Source: Mobula hypostoma
Lineage: Eukaryota
NCBI RefSeq assembly: GCF_963921235.1
Contig: NC_086101.1
Location: 7,070,001 to 7,134,000 of the forward strand
Direction: 5' to 3'
Length of the DNA stretch: 64,000 nucleotides
Made by a program: the position numbers and the translations under genes. Below are positions 1 to 11,387 of this stretch, piece after piece (positions within the stretch are counted from its first letter, which is position 1; every line of letters starts with the position of its first letter). The notes below the pieces were generated by a model, which saw only the letters and a list, made by a program, of their open reading frames with translations, searched no databases and was not told the DNA's origin.

Positions 1-1482
1 CCATTGACCCATTCTGACCACACTACCTACCCGCTAGACCCAGATAGCCCATTGACCCGTACTGACCTCACTACCTACCCGCTAGACCCAGATAGCCCAT
101 TAGCCCGTACTGACCACACTACCTACCCGCTAGACCCAGATAGCCCATTGGCCCGTACTGACCACACTACCTACCCGCTAGACCCAGGTAGCCCATTGGC
201 CCGTACTGACCTCACTACCTACCCACTAGACCCAGATAGCCCATTGGCCTGCACTGACCACACTACCTACCGGCTAGACCCCTCAGCCCATTGGCCCGTA
301 CTGACCTCACTACCTACCCGCTAGACCCAGATAGCCCATTGACCCATACTGACCACACTACCTACCCGCTAGACCCAGATAGCCCATTGGCCCGTACTGA
401 CCACACTACCTACCCGCTAGACCCAGATAGCCCATTGACCCATACTGACCACACTACCTACCGGCTAGACCCCTCAGCCCATTGGCCCGTACTGACCTCA
501 CTACCTACCCGCTAGACCCAGATAGCCCATTGACCCATACTGACCACACTACCTACCCGCTAGACCCAGATAGCCCATTGGCCCGTACTGACCACACTAC
601 CTACCCGCTAAACCCAGATAGCCCATTGGCCCGTACTGACCACACTACCTACCCGCTAGACCCAGATAGCCCATTGACCCATACTGACCACACTACCTAC
701 CCGCTAGACCCAGATAGCCCATTGACCCGTACTGACCTCACTACCTACCCGCTAGACCCAGATAGCCCATTGGCCCATACTGACCACACTACCTACCCGC
801 TAGACCCGGATAGCCCATTGACCCGTACTGAGCACACTACCTACCCGCTAGACCCAGATAGCCCATTGGCCCATACTGACCACACTACCTACCCGCTAGA
901 CCCCTCAGCCCATTGGCCCGTACTGACCACACTACCTACCCGCTAGACCCAGATAGCCCATTGACACGTACTGACCTCACTACCTACCCGCTAGACCCAG
1001 ATAGCCCATTGACCCGTACTGACCACACTACCTACCCGCTAGACCCAGATAGCCCATTGACCCATACTGACCACACTACCTACCCGCTAGACCCAGATAG
1101 CCCATTGACCCGTACTGACCTCACTACCTACCCGCTAGACCCAGATAGCCCATTGACCCATACTGACGTCACTACCTACCCGCTAGACCCAGATAGCCCA
1201 TTGGCCCGTACTGACCACACTACCTACCCGCTAGACCCAGATAGCCCATTGGCCCGTACTGACCACACTACCTACCCGCTAGACCCAGATAGCCCATTGG
1301 CCTGTACTGACCACACTACCTACCCGCTAGACCCAGATAGCCCATTGGCCCGTACTGACCACTCTACCTACCCGCTAGACCCAGATAGCCCATTGGCCCG
1401 TACTGACCACACTACCTACCCGCTAGACCCAGATAGCCCATTGGCCCGTACTGACCACACTACCTACCCGCTAGACCCAGAT
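1..1482. repeat. 48-bp minisatellite, ~31 copies, runs off the left edge of the window
   Basis: Unit CCCATTGGCCCGTACTGACCACACTACCTACCCGCTAGACCCAGATAG; occasional 47-bp variant (..GACCCCTCAG..) near 280, 470 and 900; produces the 16-aa repeat ORFs. Confidence 0.97.
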
Positions 1483-1640
1483 ACCCGTGTTTGGCACATA
1501 GCCCTCCAAGCCCTTTCCCTCCATGCACCTATCCAAATGCCTCTCACTGTAAGTGTTGCAGTGGTTCCCAGCTCGACCACTTCCTCTGGCAGCTCATTCC
1601 AGGGACTCACGACCCTCTCTGTGAAGATGTTAACCCTCAG
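1483..1640 (-). mobile_element. Degenerate CR1 LINE 3' end
   Basis: Resembles the reverse-complement CR1 tails elsewhere in the window (atccaaatg..., ggcagctcattcca..., actctctgtgtgaag). Confidence 0.6.
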
Positions 1641-3515
1641 CTAAGAAGGTCATTCGGAACAAACAGATGAATTATGAGAGGAAGCTGGCGACGAATATAA
1701 AAGAAGATATGAAAAGCTTTTTAAAGTATATAAATGGTAAAAGAGAGTCGAGGGTAGATATAGGACCAATACAAAATGACACTGGAGATATTGTAATCAG
1801 AGATGCAAAGATGGCAGAAGAACTGAATGCATATTTTGCATTATTCCTCACAGTGGAAGATGTCTGCAGCGTACAGGACATTCAAGAGTGTCAGGGAAGT
1901 GAAGCTGTGCAGTGAAAGTTACGATTGAGAAGGTGCTCGGGAAGCTTAATGGTCTGAGGGTGGATAAATCTCCTGGACCTGATGGAATGCACCCTCGGGT
2001 ACTGAAGGAAGTAGCTGGAGAGAATGCGGAGGCATTGATGATGATCTTTCAGGAATGGATAGATCCTGGCATTGTACCAGATGACTGGAAAATTGCAAAT
2101 GTTACTCCGCTATTTAAGAAGGGTGGGAGGCAGCAGAAAGGAAACTATAGACCTGCTAGCCTGATGTCAGTGGTTAGTAATTTGTTGGAATTGATTGTTA
2201 GGGATGAGATTACGGAGTACCTGGAGGCACATGACAAGATAGGCCAGAGCCAGCATGGTTTCCTGAAAGGAAATTCCTGCCTGACAAACCTACTGCAATT
2301 CTTTGAGGAAATTCGAAGCAGGGTGGACAAAGGAAATGCAGTCAACGTGGAGTACTGAGATTTTCAGAAGGCCTTTGACAAGGTGCCACACATGAGGCTG
2401 CTTAGCAAGGTAAGAGCCCATGGAATTACAGGGAAGTTACTAGTGTGGTTGGGGCATTGGCTGATCGGCAGAAAACAGAGTGGGAATCAAAGGATCCTAT
2501 TCTGGCTGGCTGCCGGTTACTAGTGGAGTTCGGACCGCTGCTTTTTATGATATGTGTCAATGATTTAGACAATGATATTAATGTATATGTGGCTAAATTT
2601 GCCGATTATACAAAGATAGGTGGAGGAGCAGGTAGTGTTGAGGAAACAGAGAGACTTAGATAGTTTAGGGGAATGGGCATGGAAGTGGCAAATGAAATAC
2701 AATGTTGGAAAGTGTATGGCCATGCACTTGGGTGGAAGAAATAAATGGGCAGACTATTATTCAGATGGGAAGAGAATTCAAAATGCAGAGATGCAAAGGG
2801 ACTTGGGAGTCCTTGTGCAGGATACCCTGAATGTTAACCTCCAGGTTGAGTTGGTTGTGAAGAAGGTAAATGCAATGTTGGCATTCATTTCTAGAGGTAG
2901 AGAATATAAGAGCAGGGATGTGATGTTGAGGCTCTATAAGGCATTCGTGAGACCACACTTGGCAGTATTGTGTGCAGTTCTGGGCTCCTTATTTTAGAAA
3001 AGATATCCTGACGTTGGAAAGAGTCCAGAGAAGATTCATGAGAATGATTCAAGGAATGAAATGGTTACCGTATGAGGAATGTTTGGCAGCTCTTGGGCTG
3101 TATTCCCTGGAGTTCAGGAGAATGGGGGGAGGTTCTCATAGAAACATTCCAAATGTTAAAAGGCCTGAACATGTTAGATATGGCAAAGTTATTTCCCATG
3201 GTAGGGGATTCTTGGACAAGAGGGCACGACTTCAGGATTGAAGGACGTCCTTTTAGAACTTAGATGCAGAGAAATTACTTTAGTCAGAGGCTGGTAGCTC
3301 TGTGGAATTTGTTGCCACGAGCGGCTGTGGAGGTCAAATCATTGGGTGTATTTTAGGCAGAGATCGATAGGTTCTTGATTAGCTAGGGCATCAAAGGGTA
3401 TGGGGTGAAAACAGGGGAGTGGGAATGACTGGAAGAATTGGATTGGCCCAGGATTGAATGGCAGAGCAGACTCGATAGGCTGAATGGCCTACTTACCCCT
3501 ATATCTTATGGTCTT
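1641..3515 (+). mobile_element. CR1 LINE, 5'-truncated ORF2 (RT) with frameshifts plus 3'UTR
   Basis: KSPGPDGMHPRVLKE, GNYRPASL, SQHGF, KFADYTK and RPHL motifs split over several frames; tail tcttatggtctta. Confidence 0.93.
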
Positions 3516-3569
3516 ATTGCCTTATGTTTCATGTGCATACATTTGTCAAAATGTCTTTTAAATGGTTTA

Positions 3570-4328
3570 TGTTACTTTCCCCGTAATGGGTTAAAAGAAC
3601 CAGCAGAAATGGAACTCACCTGGAGTCTGGTTTTGCTGTTTACTAACACTATTTTTAGAAGTAACTACGCAATACAGTAATATCAAACTAGATAAGTCGA
3701 ACAGGTTAGCAGAGTTTATGCATATATATGTGTGGAAATATAAACCCAAACTTCTTCAAGCTTAGGTGGAAAATGGTACAGTCTTACGATGGTAGGTCAA
3801 CAAAGTCGGTTCAGTTCGTGTTATTGAGTTGATTAGAATTGAGGAGAGAGGTAGATGGTTTGTTGTCCACGTAAGCTGATGCCATCGATTCTTCCCGTTG
3901 TCCTCTGAAACTTCCAAGTTAGCCAAACTTGACCAACTTAAAGAGCGCCGTCTTCGAGTGATAATCTACCAAACCAGGCAAGGGTTAGACACACTGGTAA
4001 TCTCCATAGGGTCGCTCTTTCACGCACTAATAATCACAGATCAATTCCTCTTAATCGATCCTCAGTCCCACACTCGTGATCACGTGAAAGTGTAGTGGTA
4101 ATTTCGCCACACCTTAGTGCGTCTGCCTGTCCCACGAAACAAGCGACCATGCTGGTTTAAATATGGTTGTGCCGAACACCAGCTGTCCATCATGTATCTC
4201 CTCCCTTCTATCACCTTAGCGACACACGAGCTGCTCGGTGCCTCTCTCTCTCTCTCTGAATCAGCTGCACGCTCTCTCTCTCTTTTTAAAGGCACAGTCC
4301 ATAATGAATAACTCAGGATATTGTCACA
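3570..4328. mobile_element. Probable solo LTR inserted in a CR1 3' remnant
   Basis: TG...CA termini (tgttac...gtcaca); CR1-tail sequence is interrupted at 3569 and resumes at 4329; near-matching flanks ttta/tgta. Confidence 0.5.
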
Positions 4329-5959
4329 TGTAGTTACCTGCCGCTGTCACCTCCAGTGGCAGCTCGTTTGATACACTCATCACCTTCTCTGTGTAAACTT
4401 TGCCCTCAGGTCCCCTTTCATTTTTCCCCTCTTGCCTCACTTCCACAAATGTACTAACCACACACCTACCCTCTCATCGAATTCATTAACATGAATAACA
4501 AACAGAATGGAGGCAGCAACGATGCCCGTGGTTCAGCTCTGCTCACGGACATCCAGTGTGAAAAACAACCCTCCACCACCACCCTCTGCTTCCAACCAGA
4601 AACCAATTTTGTATCAGCTCACCCAGGACCTCATGCCACAGGGGCTGTTCCTGTGGGGTAAAGTTCAGTGTTTGATGTTCAAATTATCTCAGCAAAGCCC
4701 CAGCAAATTCTTCCTTGGATTCCCCACAAGGTCCGAGGATGGACTTGATCAGGCCCCAGGAGCTTATCCAGTTTTATGTGTTTAAGACTTCCAGCATCAT
4801 CACTTGTTTGTCATGTTTCAGGACAATACTATTTATTCTCCTCCCTAAATTTCCCAGTTTCCATTCCCTTCTCCACAGTAAACACAGACGAGGGGAACCA
4901 GACCTCACTCATCCCTCTTTGCTCCACACACGGACACTGCAGGGGAACTATTCTCTCACTATTTCTCTTCAGATCAATGGACAGACTGAACTGAGGGAGG
5001 ACAGAAAGGGCCAGGGAGTAAATAGAGGTGTGGAACAGGAGGGTAAACAGACGTCTTGTGAGTGAGGATCCTGAACAGGGTTTGGAGGGGTTTGGGATCA
5101 GCATGTTCCTGTTAGAGTGAAGGTCAGCACTGATGGGCTGAGGGAACTCTGGCTGACGAGGGTTATTCAGACTCTGATCCGGAAAATGATGGAGTTGCTT
5201 GTCAGGTGAAAGTAACTGGGATGAAGCGATTCCCTTGTGAAATGGAAGGAATGTAGGGAAATCGGGAGGGCACAAGGAACACAGAAGATAACTTCAGCAA
5301 ATTCTATGAATCTGTTGGAAGAAAAAGAGTAATTCGTGATATGTCCCTTGAAGGATCAGTTTGAATCTGGGGATTTCAGTGAGGAGAATAGTAATGTCCT
5401 GAAACATAACATCCTGTTTCAACTTTGACCCTCTCACGTTAAAGCTTTATCCTCTACATAGTGTCCTCAGAGAGATCACACTGCTGGGCATGTCTCAAAG
5501 GTAGAAGAATAAGAGGTGGTCTGACTGAGACAGACACAGTCTCACAGGGTATTGACAGAGCAGAGGCAGGAATGATGTTTCATCTGGCTGGTGTGTGGAA
5601 CCAAAGTTCACAGACTCAGAATAACACGTCTCCTCAGCAGGACTGAGATGAGAAATTTCCTCACCCAGAATGCAGTGAAACTTTGGAATTCTGTCCACAA
5701 GGTTTCTTGATTTCTGGGGCTCTGTGATGATGGGGATGGCACAGGAAAGTGGGGCTAAGGTCAAAGATCAGATGTTCTGAGTGAAGGGCAGGACAGCTAC
5801 AAAGGGCCAAATAGCCACATCTGCTGCTATTTCTTAATACATATATCTACATTTGCGCCATTTAATATTTTGGCCTTCTGTCTGTTGGATTACACTGGGA
5901 TAACCAGTGCACTCTGTGTAGAGCATCCTCTGTACCCGATGTTTACTGTATTCAGTCCA

Positions 5960-6430
5960 AAGTTCAAAGTAAATTTCAACAAGTCCAGCAATCACAATAG
6001 AATCAATGAAAGACTGCACAAACAGGGCAGACAACCAGTGTGCAAAAGACAACAAATTCCAAATACAAGGAGAAAGAAAAACAAGAAGAATAAATAAATA
6101 TATATATAATATATATGCAATAAATATCAAGAACATGAGATGAGGTATACTTGAAAGTGAGTCCATAGGTTGTGGGAGCAGTTCAGTAATGGGGCGAGTG
6201 AATTTGAAGTTATCTGAACCAGATTATGTGAGTCCTGATAGCAGCAGTGAAAAGAGAGAATGAGCTGGGCGGTGGGGCTGTGCAGCTTTGCTGCAACAAT
6301 GGTCTGTGTCGATGTGCTCAATGCTGGGGTATTGGTGATTCCATACCAGACTGTGATGCAGCCAGTCAATATGCTCACCACCACACACCTGTATAAGTCT
6401 CTCAAGGTTTTAGATTTTGTGCTAAATCTT
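5960..6430 (-). mobile_element. Decayed Rex-Babar/L2-type LINE 3' end
   Basis: YRCVVVSILTGCITVWYG motif on the minus strand; AT-rich tail. Confidence 0.65.
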
Positions 6431-6854
6431 GGAACATTGAACATGGAACACAGAGCAATACAACACAGGAACAGGTCATTCGGCCCACAAGTCTGTGCTG
6501 AACATTGTGCCAGTTCAATCTCATCCCATCTACCTGTACATGGTCCACAACTCTTCATTCCCTGTCTGTTCGTGTGTCTGTCTAAATGCCACTGAAATGT
6601 TGTTGTTGTATCTGTTGCCACCTCCTCCACTGACAGAACGTTCCAGGCAGCGACCGTTCTCTGTGTAAAACAAACTTGCCTCATCAATCTCCTTTAAACC
6701 TTCTCCTCTCACCTTATATTTACTCCCTGTAGTATTTGACTTTCCCACACTGAGGATAAAGAGACTCTGACTGTCTATCATGTCAGTGTCAGTTGTTGCT
6801 GACTTTTCCCTCGACAGCTGCTGAGTCACTGTGTTCCCAGACTTCTGTACCCTG

Positions 6855-7446
6855 TGTAACGCCCTGGGTCACATTTTTACTGTTCTGCTGTAGGTATTTC
6901 ATTCAGCAGCTCTGTAAGATCAGTCTGTTCTGCTCTCAGCCTGTTTGGGTTATTGTTCAAGATAAAGGATGATGAGGAATCTGTGTCATCCAGTCAGGAT
7001 GGTGGAACTAGGGGGAGCTTTTTCTGGTGAGGGACACTAAAGTTGGGCTTGGGGCTTTTGTTCGGCAGGAGATGAAGAGAGAAGACGCTGGGGAGAACAG
7101 GTTGTAAGATTCGATCCGGTGCGGGACCGTGATTCGATGAAGCCAAGTTCCGAGACAGATTGAGGACCGGTGAATGTGGTGAAACGTTGAGCTCCAACTT
7201 GTGCACATTTGACTGTTTAATTAAAATGGCCCTTCTCTTTTTGTTTTTCTTTACTAACCCTTTAGTTAAGATTCATAAACATATTTCCTTCGTTCGAATG
7301 CAGTGTACTGTCTGTTGCTCCGTGGCACTAATGTCTAACAGGGTAGCAAATTACACAGCATCCACACAAACCGGGGTTTTGGGTGGGAGAGCCGTCTCAA
7401 TCTCATAAATTTGATGGGACCAGACAGTGTCTTCCCGAGACTTACA
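6855..7446 (+). mobile_element. Solo LTR (Gypsy-like)
   Basis: TGTAAC...TTACA termini; shares cacagcatccacacaaac with the LTR at 45825-46694; no clear TSD. Confidence 0.55.
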
Positions 7447-7656
7447 CAGACAAGGAAACCAAAGGGTTTCGCTTGTGATCCCATCAGTCTGTGATGCTCC
7501 CTCCCTGGTAAGGACCGGGGGGCGGGGTGGTTCCAGAGTAATTTCCCACAGCCCCTGCTGGACAGTGGGGAGCGGCGAGAGTGCACTTGACATCTGTTGA
7601 CACAATCTGTCCCGACTGGGTGAAAGCAGAGTGTGACAGCGAATAACTGAAGCAAT

Positions 7657-7676
7657 TCCGCCACCTGCTGGCCGCA
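7657..7676 (-). promoter_or_regulatory. Candidate CTCF site
   Basis: Minus strand GGCCAGCAGGTGGCGG matches the CCASYAGRKGGCR core; GC box gggggcgggg at ~7518. Confidence 0.35.
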
Positions 7677-8704
7677 CAGGGTATAAAGAAAATGATATTA
7701 AAGATCCGTTCTGTCTTATTTTCTGATTCAGCTCAGGGTATTCACATATGCATTCACAGATAAAGCAGATGCTGCACACATGTTCAAGGCCACAAGAAAA
7801 CACCTCATTAGAACCAGCACAAATGCAATACAGATAGAAAAATCAAAAGTCCGCAGTAGTTGCAGCACAGAATCAAAATAATTCTTATCATTCACTGAGC
7901 CGATCTCTGCAATGTCAGAAGGGTGTCACAGATCCGACCATTTTTCTCACAGCTCCCCGTCCCCAGTTCCCATCCCCTCGTCTCTATCTTCTCTAAGTCT
8001 CAGCATTAACACCGGTGATCGAGCGTCAGGCAAAACTCTCCCATTGCGCAAAGAAAATGTCCCTTTTTATACCACTTAAGATTCCATCAAAGCGTAACAT
8101 GATCATTACTCCAGTATTTTTCCGTAGCTTGGTGGTTCCAGCTACACCCTCTAATCTATAATGACCTTCAGCCCAGACACAGAATTTAGGAAGAAGGTCC
8201 GGTTCAGAACAAGTGAGACCGGACCTTTGGAGCCGGACCGTATGTGGTGAAGTCAAGAAGGGAAATGAAAATCAGGAGTTGAATGTTTTCCACACTGTGA
8301 CGTACAATGTCCAGTCCTGTGGTGATTCCTGCAGCCACATCGTTGTCATCGCCACAGCATCAATCTCCTCACAGCCGATTCTCTCCACATCCCGTGTTCC
8401 ATACCATTAACTGATTTAATAGTTGCTATAAATTTACCTTTCAACACCGTTTTTACACCTCTGACTACCTTCAGTCCTCGAGCTAAATAAAACGAGCTTT
8501 TGGAGGACACCGAGGGTCAGGCAGCATTTGTGGAGAGAAATGGACAATCGACATTTCAGTTTGAGATCCTTCACCTGGACTGTCTCAACCCAGAATATCT
8601 TCTGTCCATTTTTCTCCACAAGTGCTGTCTGACCCGCTGAGTTCCTCAGCAGCTATATTTTCCGTCCAGATTCCTGCATCTACAGTCTCTGTGTCTCTCT
8701 TTTC

Positions 8705-10165
8705 ATAAGAACTTGGGAAATAGGAGAGGAGTAGGCCATCCGGCCCATCGAGCCTACCCCGCCATTCAATAAGATCATGGCTGATCTGTCCGTAAACTCA
8801 GCTCCATCTACCTGCCTTTTCCCCATAATTCTTAATTCCCTTACTATGTAAAAACCTATCTAACTGTATCTTTAATATATTTTGTGAAGAAGCCTCAACT
8901 ACTTCCCTGGGCAGAGAATTCCACAGATTCACCACTCTCTGAGAAAAACAGTTCCTCCTCATCTCCGTCCTAAATCTCCCTGCTCTCGAATTCAGTCCCT
9001 CTAGCAATGAAGGCCAACATTCCCTTTTGCTTCTTAATAACCTGCTGTACCTGCAAGCCAACTTTTTACGATTCATGAACAAGCACTCCCAAGTCCCTCT
9101 GCACAACAGCATGCTGCAATCTTTCACCGTTTAAATAATAATCTGCTCTTCTAATATTCCTTCCAAAGTGGACGATCTCACAGTTGCCAACGTTGTATTC
9201 CATCTGCCAGACCTTGGCCCACTCACTTAACCTATCTATATCCCTCTCAGACTCTCCACATCCCCTGTACAATTTGCTTTTCCACTCAGTTTATTGTCAT
9301 CAGCAAATTTTGCTGCGCTACATTCAGTCCCCTCTCCCAAATCATCAATGTAAATAGTGAACAGCTACGGGCCCAGCACCGTCCCCTGCGGCACCCCACT
9401 CACCACAGACTGCTAACTGGAGAAACACTCAGTTATACCAACTCTCTGCCTTCTGTTGGTTAACTAATCCACTGTCTATGCCAAAGCACTTCCTCCGACT
9501 CCATGCATCCGTATCTTATTTATAAGTCTCTTGTGCATCACCTTATTAAACGCTTTCTGGAAATCCAAGTATCCACCTGATCCCCTCTATCCACTGCACT
9601 CATTATGTCCTTAAAGAACTCCAGTAATTTTGTCAAACAGGACCTGCCCTTTCTGAATCCATGCTGTGTCTGCCTAATGGAACCACTTCTTTCTAAATGT
9701 TTCGCTATTTCTTCTTAATGACAGCTTCAAGCAATTTCCTGACTACAGATATTAAGCTAACTGACCTATAGTTGCCCGTTTTTTGCCTACATCTTTTTTT
9801 AAAAAGTGGTATAACATTTGCTGTCTTCCAGTCCGCTGGGACCCGCCCAGAGTCAAGAGAGTTTTGATAAATGATTACCAACGCGTCTACTATAACCTCC
9901 GCCAATTCCTTCAGCACCCTGGGATGCATCCCATCAGGACCAGAGGACTTATCTGCCTTCAGGCCCTCTAGTTTGCTCATCACTATCTCTTTAGTGACAG
10001 TGATTTTATCGAGGTCCTCGCCTCCCATTTCGTCCATGACATCCTTCTTTGGCATATTAGATGTGTCCTTCACTGTGAAGACCGACACAAAATAGTCGTT
10101 CAATGCCTCAGCCATTTCCTTATCACCCAATATCAATTTCCCCTTCTCGTCTTCCAAGGGACACA
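8705..10165 (-). mobile_element. CR1 LINE, 5'-truncated and degenerate
   Basis: DKSSGPDGMHPRVLKE, GNYRSVSL, WQMEYNVGNC and RVVNLWNSLP motifs. Confidence 0.92.
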
Positions 10166-10234
10166 TGAGCTTTTAATTTGATACTATGTTTTATTTCCTT
10201 AGTTATTCGAAGCTGGCTGCCCCCACATTTCAAC

Positions 10235-11140
10235 CTCCTGCCACGCTACCGGGGATAGGGTCCTTTTGTCCTCACCTACCACCCCGCCAGCCTCCGCGTC
10301 CAGCACATAATTCACCGAAACTTCCACCACCAAGCACATCTTTCCACCACCACCTCCATAGGCTTGCTGCCTCCCGCAGGGATCGCTCCCTATGCGCTTC
10401 CATTGTCCATTCTTCCCTCCTCACAGATTTCCCTCCTGGCCCTGGCACTTTTCCTTGCAAGCGGAGCAAGTGCTACACCTGCCCCAACACCTCCTCCCTC
10501 ACTACCATTCCTGGCCCAAAGCAGTCCTCCCAGGTGAGGCGACACTTCACCTGTGAGTCTGTTGTGGTCATTTGCTGTGTTTGCTGCTCCCGGTGTGGCC
10601 TCCGACGTAGTTTGGGAGACCGCTTCGCCGAGCGTCTACACTCCGTCCTCCAGAAGAAGTGGGATCTCCCAATGGCCCCCATTTTAATTTTACTTCCCAT
10701 TCCCGTTCTGATATGGTCTCCTACACTGTCGTGATGAGGCCACATTTAGGTAGGAGGAACATCAAGCACCTTATATTCCGTTTGGGTTGCCTCCAACCCG
10801 ATAACATGAACATTGATTTGTCAAAGTTCCATTAATGGTTCCCCAATACACCCCCTCTCCATTTCCCATCTCCTTTTCCCTCTCTCACTATATCTCCTGG
10901 CCCGTCAATCGACTCCCTCTGGGGCTGCCCGCTACCCCCACCCATTCCAGGTTTCACCTATCACCCTGTGTTTCTCTTTTCCCTTCCCCCACCTTTTAAA
11001 TCTTCTCCTCAGCTTTTTTTTCCTTCCGGCCGAAGTGTCTTCGGCCCAGAAGATGACTGTGCTATTTTTCCATAGATGCTGAGTTCCTCCAGCACTTTAT
11101 GTGTAAAGCTTGTATTTCACCCGCAGATTCTCTTGTTTGT
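10235..11140 (+). mobile_element. Penelope-like element 3' part (GIY-YIG endonuclease region plus terminal repeat)
   Basis: CKRSKCYTC...FTCES...CSRCG...LGDRFAE motif; homologous to 29670-31150 and 35708-36165. Confidence 0.8.
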
Positions 11141-11262
11141 CAATTGAAATTGAAGGCGCGTCGTTGTAAGTAGAGTTTGGAAGAACCACAGATGGAAGGG
11201 AATGTTTTTCATCAACCCTCTCCCCTATAGAGAAATCATATTCTATCATTTGCATTAGAAAT

Positions 11263-11387
11263 CAGGGGAGAGCGCGAACGCAGTCCTCCACTACTACAAA
11301 TTTTGCAGTCGAGTATCCCGCATTTGGGGACATCGCAGGCGTCAGCACACCCGAAGTGCAATGGGATAGCCTCGTCCTGGGAGAACC
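11263..11387 (-). pseudogene. RNU1: U1 snRNA nt 40-164, 5' end replaced by a Tx1 insertion
   Basis: Minus strand GGTTCTCCCAGGACGAGGCTATCCCATTGCACTTCGGGTGTGCTGAC...GACTGCAAAATTTGTAGTAG...GTTCGCGCTCTCCCCTG is colinear with vertebrate U1; U1A loop ATTGCAC intact, Sm site variant. Confidence 0.95.

Noticed and set aside
4..1644. Repetitive ORFs (TDHTTYPLDPDSPLAR)n as a protein, or the array as a CRISPR
   Set aside because: Translation of a 48-bp minisatellite; 47-bp units shift the frame; no unique spacers or cas genes, and the context is eukaryotic
11263..11387. Functional U1 snRNA genes (also 47778-47902)
   Set aside because: Both lack contiguous nt 1-39, including the 5' splice-site recognition sequence, and no promoter was found
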